Of a stretch of DNA of 64,000 bases, positions 47,581-56,445 are shown piece by piece. Numbering within the stretch: the first letter of the stretch is position 1; every line of letters starts with the position of its first letter. The translations under genes and the position numbers were made by a program. The stretch covers positions 96,001 through 160,000 of the forward strand of contig CAVVLJ010000017.1 of the NCBI GenBank assembly GCA_963749075.1, given 5' to 3'. Origin of the DNA: an uncultured Pseudomonadota bacterium (GTDB taxonomy: Bacteria > Pseudomonadota > Alphaproteobacteria > JACZXZ01). The notes under the pieces were generated by a model, which was given only the letters and a program-made list of their open reading frames with translations, made no database searches and was not told the DNA's origin.

Positions 47581-47594
47581 TTGACCTGGATCAA
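47581..47594. promoter_or_regulatory. FNR/FixK box upstream of hemN
   Basis: TTGAC-CTGG-ATCAA about 35 nt before the hemN ATG. Confidence 0.8.
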
Positions 47595-48319
47595 GGGGCA
47601 AGCACGGCGCTGGCGGGATTTGCGGCCGGACTCAAGGGCACCGGCCGGCCGGGGAAGGCGAGCTCGTGCCGCGCCCGCCACTCGGGTGTCACGTAGTTCA
47701 CGATGAGCGAGCGCCGGATGCCGCGGATCGGCCGGCGGCGGAAGCCGTGCCAGCTGTCCGTGCCGGGGATGAAGATGAGGCCGCAATTGAAGTCGGCAGG
47801 TGCCGTGCCGACGGGCTCGAGTACCGCATCGTAGAGATCGGTGCCCCAGCCGGCCGCCTCGGGCCCGGTCGAGAGATAGACCAGCATGGTGAAGCGCTTG
47901 GCCGCGATGTCGGTGTGCGGCTCGAGCCAGAAGCCGTCGCGGTCCTGGCAATATTCGAGGCGCAGATAGCTGCCGCCGAGCTCGATGCCGCAGCCGGCCT
48001 CGAGCTGTGCTACGACGCCCGGATGCTGGAAGGCGCCGGCGACGGCGGCGCAAAGCGGGAAGCGCTGCCGCTCCTCGGGGGCGAAGAACACGCGCGTGCT
48101 GTTGTGGGTCTCGCGCCGCCCGAGCGTGTCGCCGATGTCGGGCGGTGCGAAGGGCAAGCCTCCGACCCCCTCGGCAAGCGCCGGCGGCAGCACGTCGCTC
48201 AAGAGCCAGTGCCGGAAGGGCCGCTCGACGCGGCGGCCCGCCGCGAGCCGCGCCGCGATGTGCGTCGCCGGCTCGCCGCCGGCGCCGGCGGCCGTAGGGC
48301 CCGGATCAGCGAAAGCCAT
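47591..48319 (-). CDS. 2OG-Fe(II) oxygenase family protein
   Basis: HTD facial-triad motif, distal WHG and RRSLIVNY. Confidence 0.8.
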   Translation of the reverse strand: MAFADPGPTAAGAGGEPATHIAARLAAGRRVERPFRHWLLSDVLPPALAEGVGGLPFAPPDIGDTLGRRETHNSTRVFFAPEERQRFPLCAAVAGAFQHPGVVAQLEAGCGIELGGSYLRLEYCQDRDGFWLEPHTDIAAKRFTMLVYLSTGPEAAGWGTDLYDAVLEPVGTAPADFNCGLIFIPGTDSWHGFRRRPIRGIRRSLIVNYVTPEWRARHELAFPGRPVPLSPAANPASAVLAP

Positions 48320-48393
48320 GGAAAACCCCCTCTGCCACAGCCGCGGCCGCAGCCCACGGCGGAGAGTCTGCCCGATGGCGAGCGCCGAAGGGA

Positions 48394-48407
48394 TTGATCC
48401 AGATCAA
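48394..48407. promoter_or_regulatory. Perfect FNR/FixK box between divergent oxygenase and Mo-hydroxylase genes
   Basis: TTGAT-CCAG-ATCAA. Confidence 0.8.
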
Positions 48408-48528
48408 ATTCGCTACACTTCGCCCTCGACCCTCGTTCGGCGCTGGACTAGTGTTCGTCTCGGCCGGTTCGAGAGAGATGGCTCGAAGCGGGCAGTGCGG
48501 TCGCGCGAACAAGGAAGAGATAAAGCCC

Positions 48529-49395
48529 ATGCTCGAATATACGGCCCCGTCGACGGTCGAGGAGGCCATCCGCATCCTGTCCAGCGCCTCCGGGTCGGCG
48601 AAGCTCCTCTCCGGAGGGACCGACCTGCTCGTTCAGCTTCGCTCGGGCCGCACCAAGCCGGAGCTGATCGTCGATACGAAGAAGATACCCGGCATGATCG
48701 GCATCCGCGAGGTGGCTGGCGGCTTCGTGATCGGCGCCGCAACGCCGGGTGCCATGATCGGCGAATGCGAAAGCCTCAAGAAGGCCTGGCCGGGGGTGGT
48801 CGAGGCCGCCAATCTGATCGGCTCGACCCAGATACAGGGGCGGGCCTCGCTCGCCGGCAACCTCTGCAACGCGTCGCCGGCGGCGGACAGCGTCCCGGCG
48901 CTGATCGTGGCACGCGCAACCTGCGTCGTGGCGGGCGCCAAGGGGCGGCGCGAGGTTCCGGTGGAGGACATCGTCACGGGCCCGGGACGCACCTCCCTCG
49001 CCCGGGACGAGCTGATCGTCGAATTCCGCCTGCCCAAGCGGCCGCCGCGCTCGGGGGATGCCTATCTGCGCTTCATTCCGCGGACCGAGATGGACATCGC
49101 CGTGGTCGGCGCCGGGGTCAACGTGACGCTCGACGCGAGCGGCGCCTGTACCGAGGCACGAGTGGCCCTGGGCGCCGTGGCGCCGACGCCCATCCTGGTT
49201 CCCGAAGCCGCCGCCGCTCTCGTCGGCCGCAGGCTCGACGAAAAGACGCTGGCGACGCTCGACGGTGCTGCGCGGCGCGCCTGCAAGCCCATCGACGACA
49301 AGCGCGGCACGATCGAATTCCGCACCAAGATCGCCGGCGTCCTCGCAAGGCGCGCGGCTGCAATCGCCTTCGAGCGCGCGGGGGAGCAACGATGA
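48529..49395 (+). CDS. Xanthine dehydrogenase family FAD-binding subunit (CoxM-like)
   Basis: SGGTDL and GNLCNASPAAD motifs. Confidence 0.93.
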   Translation: MLEYTAPSTVEEAIRILSSASGSAKLLSGGTDLLVQLRSGRTKPELIVDTKKIPGMIGIREVAGGFVIGAATPGAMIGECESLKKAWPGVVEAANLIGSTQIQGRASLAGNLCNASPAADSVPALIVARATCVVAGAKGRREVPVEDIVTGPGRTSLARDELIVEFRLPKRPPRSGDAYLRFIPRTEMDIAVVGAGVNVTLDASGACTEARVALGAVAPTPILVPEAAAALVGRRLDEKTLATLDGAARRACKPIDDKRGTIEFRTKIAGVLARRAAAIAFERAGEQR

Positions 49396-49868
49396 CCAAG
49401 CATCACGTCTCGGCTAAGATCAACGGCGAGCCCGCCGAATTCCTCTGCGAGCCGCAGCAGACCCTCTTGGACGCGCTGCGCGACGAGCTCCACCTCACGG
49501 GCAGCAAGGAAGGCTGCAGCTCCGGCGATTGCGGCGCCTGCAGCGTGATCGTCGACGGCCGCGTCGTCTGCTCCTGCCTGATGCTGGCGGTCGAGGCCGA
49601 GGGGCGCGCGGTCGAGACGATCGAGGGCCTCGCGCGCGGCACCAAGCTCCACCCGTTGCAGCAGAAATTCCTCGAGCACGCGGCGCTGCAATGCGGCTTC
49701 TGCACGCCGGGCCTGCTGGTCGCGGCGAAGGCTCTCTTGGACCGCAATCCGGACCCGTCCGAGAGCGAGACGCGCTACTGGCTGGCCGGGAACCTCTGCC
49801 GCTGCACCGGCTACGACAAGGTGATCCGCGCCGTTCTCGACGCAGCCGCCGAGCTGCGCGCGGAGTAA
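49392..49868 (+). CDS. Xanthine dehydrogenase family 2Fe-2S subunit (CoxS-like)
   Basis: GCSSGDCGAC, QCGFCTPG and NLCRCTGY. Confidence 0.95.
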   Translation: MTKHHVSAKINGEPAEFLCEPQQTLLDALRDELHLTGSKEGCSSGDCGACSVIVDGRVVCSCLMLAVEAEGRAVETIEGLARGTKLHPLQQKFLEHAALQCGFCTPGLLVAAKALLDRNPDPSESETRYWLAGNLCRCTGYDKVIRAVLDAAAELRAE

Positions 49869-49907
49869 GCCCGAGGTGACGTTCGTCCGAGATCAGGCGA
49901 GGAAGCC

Positions 49908-52181
49908 ATGAACGAAGCAGCACCGCGTTTCAAATGGGTTGGCACCCGGCCGGTTCGTCCGGACGGGGTGCCGAAGGTGACCGGGCGCGCCCTCTATGGC
50001 GCCGACTTCGCGATGCCGGGCATGCTGGTAGGCGCCATCCTGCGCTCGCCCCACGCGCACGCGCGCATCCGCTCGATCGACACCTCGAAGGCGGCGGCAC
50101 TGCCCGGGGTCAAGGCGGTGGTCACGTCCGCGGACTTCCCCGAGCAGAAATTCGAGTATGTGGGCCCCGAGCGCGTCGCGATGAACTTCTGGCACATGAC
50201 GCGCAACGTCATGGCGCGCGAGAAGGCGCTCTACGAGGGCCACGCAGTCGCCGCCGTGGCGGCCATCAGCAAGGCCGTGGCCGACGAGGCGCTGTCGCTG
50301 ATCGCGGTCGACTACGAGGTGCTGCCGCACGTCATCGACGTCGACGAGGCGATGAAGCCCGATGCGCCGCTCCTCTTCCCCGACATGATCGCGCGGGGCA
50401 TCGATCCGGCGGGGGCCAAGCCCTCCAACATCTCGAAGCGCGTCGAGTACAAGCTCGGCGAGCTCGAGGCCGGCTTCGCCGCGGCCGATGAGATCGTCGA
50501 GATGAAGTTCAAGACCGCCCCGGTGCACCAGGCCTATATCGAGCCGCACGGCTGCGTGGCACGCTTCGACGCCGACGGCCAGGGCGAGCTGTGGAGCTCG
50601 AGCCAGGGGCATTTCGTGGTGCGCACGCTGACCGCGAAGCTGCTCGGCATGAACGTCGCCGACCTGCGCGTCTATCCCGCCGAGATCGGCGGCGGCTTCG
50701 GCGGCAAGACCGTGGTCTACGTCGAGCCCGTGGCGACCATGCTCGCGCGCAAATCGGGCGCTCCGGTCAAGATCGTGATGAGCCGCGAGGACGTCTTCAG
50801 GGCCTCGGGCCCGACCTCGGGTGCCTCGATGACGGTCAAGATCGGCGTCAGGAAGGACGGCAAGATCGTCGCCGCCGACGGCGTCTTCAAGTACCAGGCC
50901 GGCGCCTTCCCCGGCTCTCCGGTGATGAACGGCTGCATGTGCGCCTTCTCGCCCTACGACATTCCGAACGCGCGCTCGGTCGGCTACGACGTGGTGTGCA
51001 ACCGCCCGAAGGTGGCGGCCTACCGCGCACCCGGCTCGCCGATCGCGGCTTTCGCGGTCGAGAGCGTGCTCGACGTGCTCGCGCAGAAGATCGGCATGGA
51101 TCCGCTGCAATTCCGCCTGAAGAACGCGGCCCGGGCGGGCACGCAGATGCTCTACGGGCCCAAGCTCGCGCACAACGGCTATGCGGAGACCATCGAGGCG
51201 CTGCTCAACCATCCGGGCTACAAGGCGCCGCTCAAGAAGAACCAGGGGCGCGGCGTCGCCTCCGGCTACTGGTTCAACGCCGGCGGCGAATCGAGCGCCA
51301 CCGTGCACGTGAATGAGGACGGCACCGTGGTCGTCGCGACCGGCAGCCCCGACATCGGCGGCTCGCGCGCCTCGATGGCGCTCATGGCGGCCGAGACGCT
51401 CGGCGTCGACTACGACCGGGTGCGCCCGATCGTCGCCGACACCGCGTCGATCGGCTATACCCATTTGACCGGCGGCTCGCGCGTCACCTTTGCGACCGGC
51501 ATCGCGGTGGTCGAGGCCACGAGGAAGGTGATCAACGAGCTCTGCGCCCGCGCGGCCATGATGTGGAAGGTCGATGCCGAGGGCGTCATCTGGGAGGACG
51601 GCCAAGCCAGGCCGGCGAGCAGCAACGTCGGCGATTTCGAGCCGCTGTCGCTCAAGGAGATCGCCGCCAAGCGCGGGCTGACCGGCGGGCCGATCGGGGC
51701 CGAGGCCTGCGTCAACCCCGCCGCCGTCGCCCCCGGCTTCTCCACCCAGTTCTGCGACGTCGAGGTCGATCCCGAGACCGGCAAGGTGACCGTGCTGCGC
51801 TTCGTCGCCGCCCAGGACGTCGGCCGCGCCATCCACCCGAGCTACGTCGAGGGGCAGATCCAGGGCGGCGTCGCGCAGGGCATCGGCTGGGCCTTGAACG
51901 AGGAGTACATCTACAGCGACAAGGGACGCCTCGACAATCCGGGCTTCCTCGACTACCGCATACCCGTGGCCTCCGATCTGCCGATGATCGAGACGCTGCT
52001 CGTCGAGGTGCCGAACCCCGGCCATCCCTACGGCGCCAAGGGCGTCGGCGAGGTCAATATCTGCCCGCCGATGGCGGCCATCGCCAACGCGATCGACCGC
52101 GCGGTCGGCCGGCGCCTGACCGAATTGCCCATGTCGCCGCCGAAGGTGCTGGCCGCCATCGACGGGGGGAAGAAGACGTAG
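49908..52181 (+). CDS. Xanthine dehydrogenase family molybdopterin-binding subunit
   Basis: RSPHAHA, IGGGFGGK, AYRAPG, GQIQGG and GAKGVGE. Confidence 0.95.
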   Translation: MNEAAPRFKWVGTRPVRPDGVPKVTGRALYGADFAMPGMLVGAILRSPHAHARIRSIDTSKAAALPGVKAVVTSADFPEQKFEYVGPERVAMNFWHMTRNVMAREKALYEGHAVAAVAAISKAVADEALSLIAVDYEVLPHVIDVDEAMKPDAPLLFPDMIARGIDPAGAKPSNISKRVEYKLGELEAGFAAADEIVEMKFKTAPVHQAYIEPHGCVARFDADGQGELWSSSQGHFVVRTLTAKLLGMNVADLRVYPAEIGGGFGGKTVVYVEPVATMLARKSGAPVKIVMSREDVFRASGPTSGASMTVKIGVRKDGKIVAADGVFKYQAGAFPGSPVMNGCMCAFSPYDIPNARSVGYDVVCNRPKVAAYRAPGSPIAAFAVESVLDVLAQKIGMDPLQFRLKNAARAGTQMLYGPKLAHNGYAETIEALLNHPGYKAPLKKNQGRGVASGYWFNAGGESSATVHVNEDGTVVVATGSPDIGGSRASMALMAAETLGVDYDRVRPIVADTASIGYTHLTGGSRVTFATGIAVVEATRKVINELCARAAMMWKVDAEGVIWEDGQARPASSNVGDFEPLSLKEIAAKRGLTGGPIGAEACVNPAAVAPGFSTQFCDVEVDPETGKVTVLRFVAAQDVGRAIHPSYVEGQIQGGVAQGIGWALNEEYIYSDKGRLDNPGFLDYRIPVASDLPMIETLLVEVPNPGHPYGAKGVGEVNICPPMAAIANAIDRAVGRRLTELPMSPPKVLAAIDGGKKT

Positions 52182-52249
52182 AGCCGAGCGGGCCACCTCT
52201 CCTGACGAGAGAGCTGGGCGCGACCGCTCGCGGGCCCATGGGCATGCCC

Positions 52250-52549
52250 TCACGCGGCGCGCGGGCTGACGGCGCGCTTGATTTCCGCGCCCTTCTTGAT
52301 CTCGGTGGTACGGAGATCGTAGGCCGTCTGCAGGTCAAGCCAGAACTCGGGCGTGCTGCCGAGGTAGCGCGCCAGCCGCATTGCGGTGTCGGCTGACACT
52401 GCGCGCTTGCCGTGAAGGATGCCCGTCACGCGGTTCGCCGGCACGCCGAGCGCCTTCGCGAAGGCGTTGGCCGAAAGCCCGAGCTCCTTGAGCACATCCT
52501 CCCGGAGAATCTCGCCGGGGTGGATCGGTCGCATGCTGTTCCTTGCCAT
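52250..52549 (-). CDS. higA: HigA-family antitoxin (Xre HTH)
   Basis: IHPGEILRE, SADTAMRLARY and FWLDLQTAYDL. Confidence 0.92.
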   Translation of the reverse strand: MARNSMRPIHPGEILREDVLKELGLSANAFAKALGVPANRVTGILHGKRAVSADTAMRLARYLGSTPEFWLDLQTAYDLRTTEIKKGAEIKRAVSPRAA

Positions 52550-52563
52550 CGCCGCCGTCCTCG

Positions 52564-52845
52564 CTAGTCGCGGTAATCGACGATCTCGACGTTGTACGGC
52601 CCGTCGCTCCGCCACTCGAAAGAGACCCGCCACTGCCGGTTGATCCGGATGCTGTGCTCGCCCCGGCGGTGGCCGCGCAGCGCCTCGAGGCGGTTGCCCG
52701 GCACCGCGGCGAGATCGCGAAGCGCCCTCGCTTTGTCGAGCATCGCCAGCCGGCGCGCCGCCTGCTCGGCGAAGGCCCGGAACTGCGGCACGTGCCGGCC
52801 CTCGAAGAAGGCTTGCGTGCGCCTGTCCCCGAAGCTTCGGATCAT
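52564..52845 (-). CDS. higB: HigB/RelE-family toxin
   Basis: MIRSFGD, PGNRLEALRG.R.GEHSIRINRQWR and VEIVDY; the toxin gene precedes the antitoxin. Confidence 0.92.
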   Translation of the reverse strand: MIRSFGDRRTQAFFEGRHVPQFRAFAEQAARRLAMLDKARALRDLAAVPGNRLEALRGHRRGEHSIRINRQWRVSFEWRSDGPYNVEIVDYRD

Positions 52846-52869
52846 GGCGGCAGGCTACCCGTGGGACAT

Positions 52870-52886
52870 TTTACGTCAAGCGTAAA
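52870..52886. promoter_or_regulatory. Inverted repeat, probable HigA operator
   Basis: TTTACG-TCAAG-CGTAAA about 25 nt upstream of the higB start. Confidence 0.55.
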
Positions 52887-52943
52887 GGGCGGGCTACCGC
52901 CTTTTTGATCCGCAGCCTTTACCGCGGTCATCGATCGCGGGCA

Positions 52944-53074
52944 AGGTCACTGTCTGCTCGCCGATGGCGGCCATCGCCAACACGATCGACCGCGCGATCG
53001 GCCGGCGCCTGACCGATTTGCCCATGTCGCCGCCGCAAGTGCTCGCCGCGATCGATGCGGGGAAGAAGACGTAG
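52944..53074 (+). repeat. Diverged direct repeat of the last 131 bp of the Mo-subunit gene (52051-52181)
   Basis: Manual alignment shows 12 mismatches in 131 nt, no indels and the same TAG stop. Confidence 0.92.
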
Positions 53075-53227
53075 GATTGAATTCGTTGGCGATCGCTGGA
53101 TGACTTGAGGCCGAACTCGCGGGAGGCGGCGATTCCGTTGCGCTAAGCCAGCCGGCCGGCCGCGCCATCAGTCCGAAGCCATATCCTCCAAGCAAACGCG
53201 CTCCGCCTCGGAGGGGATTCCCCGGCC

Positions 53228-53596
53228 TCAATCATCGCTTTGTAGGTGAACGCGAACCCGCCCCGGCTCCACGATCCACAACGCGCCCGTCGGCGATTGC
53301 GCTTCGCTCAAAGCCAGAAAATCCCTCAGGCGATCCAGCAACGATTGCGGCGTCATCCGCGCCCCAGGCTCCAAAATTACCAGCCCGGCGCTTTGTCCTG
53401 GCGGAAACCGAAGAACCTGACCGAAATCGTGGTCCAAAGTGACGAGGACCCGGCCTTCGCCTCTGCAGATGTTAAAGACGGTTTCGTCGGGTGCTCCCCG
53501 AAGGTTCTGGTCTCTCACGGACACCACGTCATGCCCTGCGGCCCTCAGCAGTTCGGCGCCCCTTCGACCGATGTTCTCATCCAGCTTGATCTTCAT
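53228..53596 (-). CDS. DUF5615 PIN-like putative toxin
   Basis: KIKLDENI, GHDV, D..VF and RVLVTLDHDFG. Confidence 0.85.
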   Translation of the reverse strand: MKIKLDENIGRRGAELLRAAGHDVVSVRDQNLRGAPDETVFNICRGEGRVLVTLDHDFGQVLRFPPGQSAGLVILEPGARMTPQSLLDRLRDFLALSEAQSPTGALWIVEPGRVRVHLQSDD

Positions 53597-53839
53597 TCAC
53601 GCGACGTGGCCGAGCGGAATCGGCAGAATTCGCTCGCGCGACATCTCCGCGCCATAGGCAATCGCGGCCAATACATCTTGGTGAGTTAGCTGAGGATATT
53701 CGGCTTGCAGTTCCGCCTCGGCCATCCCGCTGGCGAGGAAATCCAGGACAAGCGCCACCCAGATGCGCGTACCCCTGATGCAGGGCTTCCCGCCGCATAT
53801 CTCGGGATCGATGGAAATTCGATCAAGCAGTGCGTTCAA
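53597..53839 (-). CDS. DUF433 putative antitoxin
   Basis: RISIDPEICGGKPCIRGTRI...EYPQLT..DV.AA; adjacent to the PIN gene. Confidence 0.9.
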   Translation of the reverse strand: MNALLDRISIDPEICGGKPCIRGTRIWVALVLDFLASGMAEAELQAEYPQLTHQDVLAAIAYGAEMSRERILPIPLGHVA

Positions 53840-53958
53840 GGTCGGCCATCCTTATCCAGTTGAAGCAACATAGCATTTCGAGCTAGCCAGGTCATTCGCC
53901 TTGGTCAATGGGTGCGGATCGTCGCACTCGGACGAAAGCCGGCGTAGCCAGCCGTTGC

Positions 53959-54034
53959 TGGCGACCCCTACGGGATTCGAACCCGTGTTACCGCCGTGAA
54001 AGGGCGATGTCCTAGGCCTCTAGACGAAGGGGTC
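53959..54034 (-). tRNA. tRNA-Glu (TTC)
   Basis: Reverse complement GACCCCTTCGTCTAGAGGCCTAGGACATCGCCCTTTCACGGCGGTAACACGGGTTCGAATCCCGTAGGGGTCGCCA: acceptor stem, TTC anticodon, TTCGAA T-loop and CCA end. Confidence 0.96.
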
Positions 54035-54148
54035 GCGGCGGCGCGCGGAGAGCGGGAGAGGTAGCGTTTCCCCATCCGCTTGGCAAGCGGCCCGATGGCT
54101 TGGTCGTGCCTGGGGTTGAATATCCACAAGCGGCGATGAGGTATTGTT

Positions 54149-54298
54149 CCTCTCCTCCTTTAGGAGGAGAGGAGGGGCCCATCGCGAAGCGATGGGAAGG
54201 TGAGGAGGCCGACCGCTTGTGCGCCTCTGCGGCCGGCGATGTGGCTTGCGAAGCCGCCTCCTCACCCCGGCCCTCTCCTCCTGAAGGAGGAGAGGGAG
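54149..54298. repeat. Palindromic intergenic repeat (variant of the G/C-rich family)
   Basis: CCTCTCCTCCTTTAGGAGGAGAGG...CCCTCTCCTCCTGAAGGAGGAGAGGG hairpins, with GGTGAGGAGGC/GCCTCCTCACC arms. Confidence 0.75.
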
Positions 54299-54650
54299 AT
54301 CGGAGTCGCTCCATGGCGGCGCAGCGGCGGAAAGAATGGGGCCGGCGCCGCGTCGGGTAGGGAACGCGGCGGCCGGCCCAGCATCCGACGCCGTCGGCGG
54401 CTTCGGGGGAGGAAGCGCACCGAGGCGGACAATCGGACGAAGCGTCGCTATGCGCTCAACAGTCTCGGCGTTGTTGGCATCGCGCCCGGGCCAAGCTGCG
54501 CCCGGCGCGAATTCGAGGCACCCTTGCCCGCCTTCGACTGGTGAATTCCACCGTAAAATCGGCGCCTTGAGCTGTCAATCGCAGGACAAGCACATATCTG
54601 TGATGTTGAATTGATTTTGCGCAGAACATCGCTCGTTTGGCCGTCGGCGC

Positions 54651-56411
54651 CTAGGGCTCGGCTGCGTCGTCGATGACGAATTGCACGCCGTCCGGGCCGC
54701 TCCAGGCGTCGGCGCGCAGGTGGCCGGCCAAGTGGAGGGCTGTGGCAGGCCGGCGCAGCAGCGCCCGGCCGAGCGCCGTCTCGAGGCAACGGAAGGCGAT
54801 CGCCTTGAGCCGGCCGCCGCCCGCGTCAGCAAGGATGCAGCGCACGTGGGCGCTGCCCACCACGTCGGCGCGCACCACCGTCGCCGCAGTGAGGGCGAAG
54901 CGCGGCTCGGGGTTGCCGGCGCCGAAGGGCTGCAGGCGCTCGAGGAGCTCGACGAGCGGGCGTCTGGCCGCCGCGAGCGAGAGCGCGCCGTCGAGCCGAA
55001 GCGTCGGCACGATGCCCTTCTCGGCGATCTCGCCCCCGAGACGCGCCTCGAGGAAGGCGTGGAGCTCGCCAAGCCGCTCCGCCGCCACCGTGAAGCCGCC
55101 GGCCATGGCGTGCCCGCCGCCGTTCACGAGGAGCCCCTCCTGCTTGGCCGCGATCACCGCGGCACCGAGGTCGACGCCGCCGACCGAGCGGCCCGAGCCG
55201 CGGCCGATGCCGCCGTCGCGCGCCACCACCACGGCCGGCCGCTGATAGCGCTCCTTGAGCCGGCTCGCCACGATGCCGATGACGCCGGGATGCCAGCCCT
55301 CCCCCGCGGCAAAGGCGATGGCGGCCGCAGGTGCCGCCTCGACCGCGGCGATGGCTTCCACCAGCACGGCGGCCTCGATCTCCTGGCGCTCCCGGTTGTA
55401 GCCGTCGAGCCGGCGCGCCAGCGTCTGCGCCTCGCCGGGATCGGCGGTCGCAAGCAGGCGCACGCCCAGGTCCGCCTCGCCCACCCGGCCGCCCGCATTG
55501 ACGCGCGGGCCCAAGAGAAAGCCCAGGTGGTAGGCGCTCGGCCGCTCGTCGATGCGCGCCACGTCGGCAATAGCGGCGAGGCCCGGATTGGCGCGCCGCG
55601 CCATCACCTTGAGGCCTTGCGCCACCAGCGCGCGGTTGACGCCGGTGAGCGGCACCACGTCGCACACGGTGCCGAGGGCCACCAGGTCGAGCCACTGCAT
55701 GAGGTCGGGCTCCGGCCGCGTGCGGTAGCGGCCGGCCTCGCGCAGCAGGCGGTTGACCGCGACGGCGAGGAGGAAGGCGACGCCCACGGCGGCGAGCTGG
55801 CGGTGCGGGCTCGTCTCGTCGAGGCGGTTGGGATTGATCACCGCGTAAGCGGGCGGCAGCCGCGGCTCGGCCAGGTGATGGTCCACCACGATGACGTTGA
55901 GCCCGGCCGCGGCGGCGGCGCCGAGCGCCTCGTGGGCGGCGGTGCCGCAGTCGACGGTGATGACGAGCCCGGCGCCCGCGGCCTTGAGGCCGAGGAGCGC
56001 CGGCGCGTTCGGCCCGTAGCCTTCCCTAATGCGGTCGGGAATATAGACGCGCACGGGCACGCCGAGGTGAGCCAAGAAGCGCTTGAGAAGGGCCGCCGAA
56101 GTGGCGCCGTCCACGTCGTAATCGCCGAGCACGGCGATGGGCTCGCCCGCAACGACCGCCTGGGCGATACGCCCGGCGGCGCGCGTCATGTCGCGGAGAT
56201 GGAAGGGGTCGGGGAGGTGCGCGCGCAGCGTAGGCGAGAGGAAGGACTCGGCCTCCTCGCTGCCGATGCCGCGCGCCGCTAGTGCGCGCGCCACCGGCTC
56301 GGGCAGCGAGAGGCGCTGAGCGAGGGCCAGGGCTGCGCGGTCGTCGCCGCTCTCGGCCCGCCAGCGCCGCCCGAGGAGCGAGCGCTCGACGCCGAGAAAG
56401 GCCTCGCTCAC
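54651..56411 (-). CDS. recJ: Single-stranded DNA exonuclease RecJ
   Basis: GDYDVDG, TVDCG, VDHH and GGGHAMAGG. Start approximate (GTG). Confidence 0.95.
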   Translation of the reverse strand: MSEAFLGVERSLLGRRWRAESGDDRAALALAQRLSLPEPVARALAARGIGSEEAESFLSPTLRAHLPDPFHLRDMTRAAGRIAQAVVAGEPIAVLGDYDVDGATSAALLKRFLAHLGVPVRVYIPDRIREGYGPNAPALLGLKAAGAGLVITVDCGTAAHEALGAAAAAGLNVIVVDHHLAEPRLPPAYAVINPNRLDETSPHRQLAAVGVAFLLAVAVNRLLREAGRYRTRPEPDLMQWLDLVALGTVCDVVPLTGVNRALVAQGLKVMARRANPGLAAIADVARIDERPSAYHLGFLLGPRVNAGGRVGEADLGVRLLATADPGEAQTLARRLDGYNRERQEIEAAVLVEAIAAVEAAPAAAIAFAAGEGWHPGVIGIVASRLKERYQRPAVVVARDGGIGRGSGRSVGGVDLGAAVIAAKQEGLLVNGGGHAMAGGFTVAAERLGELHAFLEARLGGEIAEKGIVPTLRLDGALSLAAARRPLVELLERLQPFGAGNPEPRFALTAATVVRADVVGSAHVRCILADAGGGRLKAIAFRCLETALGRALLRRPATALHLAGHLRADAWSGPDGVQFVIDDAAEP

Positions 56412-56445
56412 CACCTCATGGGCGCGGAGCGGGCGCATCCTCGCC

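Noticed and set aside
48529-52181. Aerobic CO dehydrogenase (coxMSL)
   Set aside because: The active-site loop is AYRAPG rather than AYxCSFR or AYRGAGR, and there are no cox accessory genes.
52182-53958. Intact prophage or integrative element at tRNA-Glu
   Set aside because: No integrase, no phage genes and no duplicated tRNA 3' end (att site) were found in this interval.
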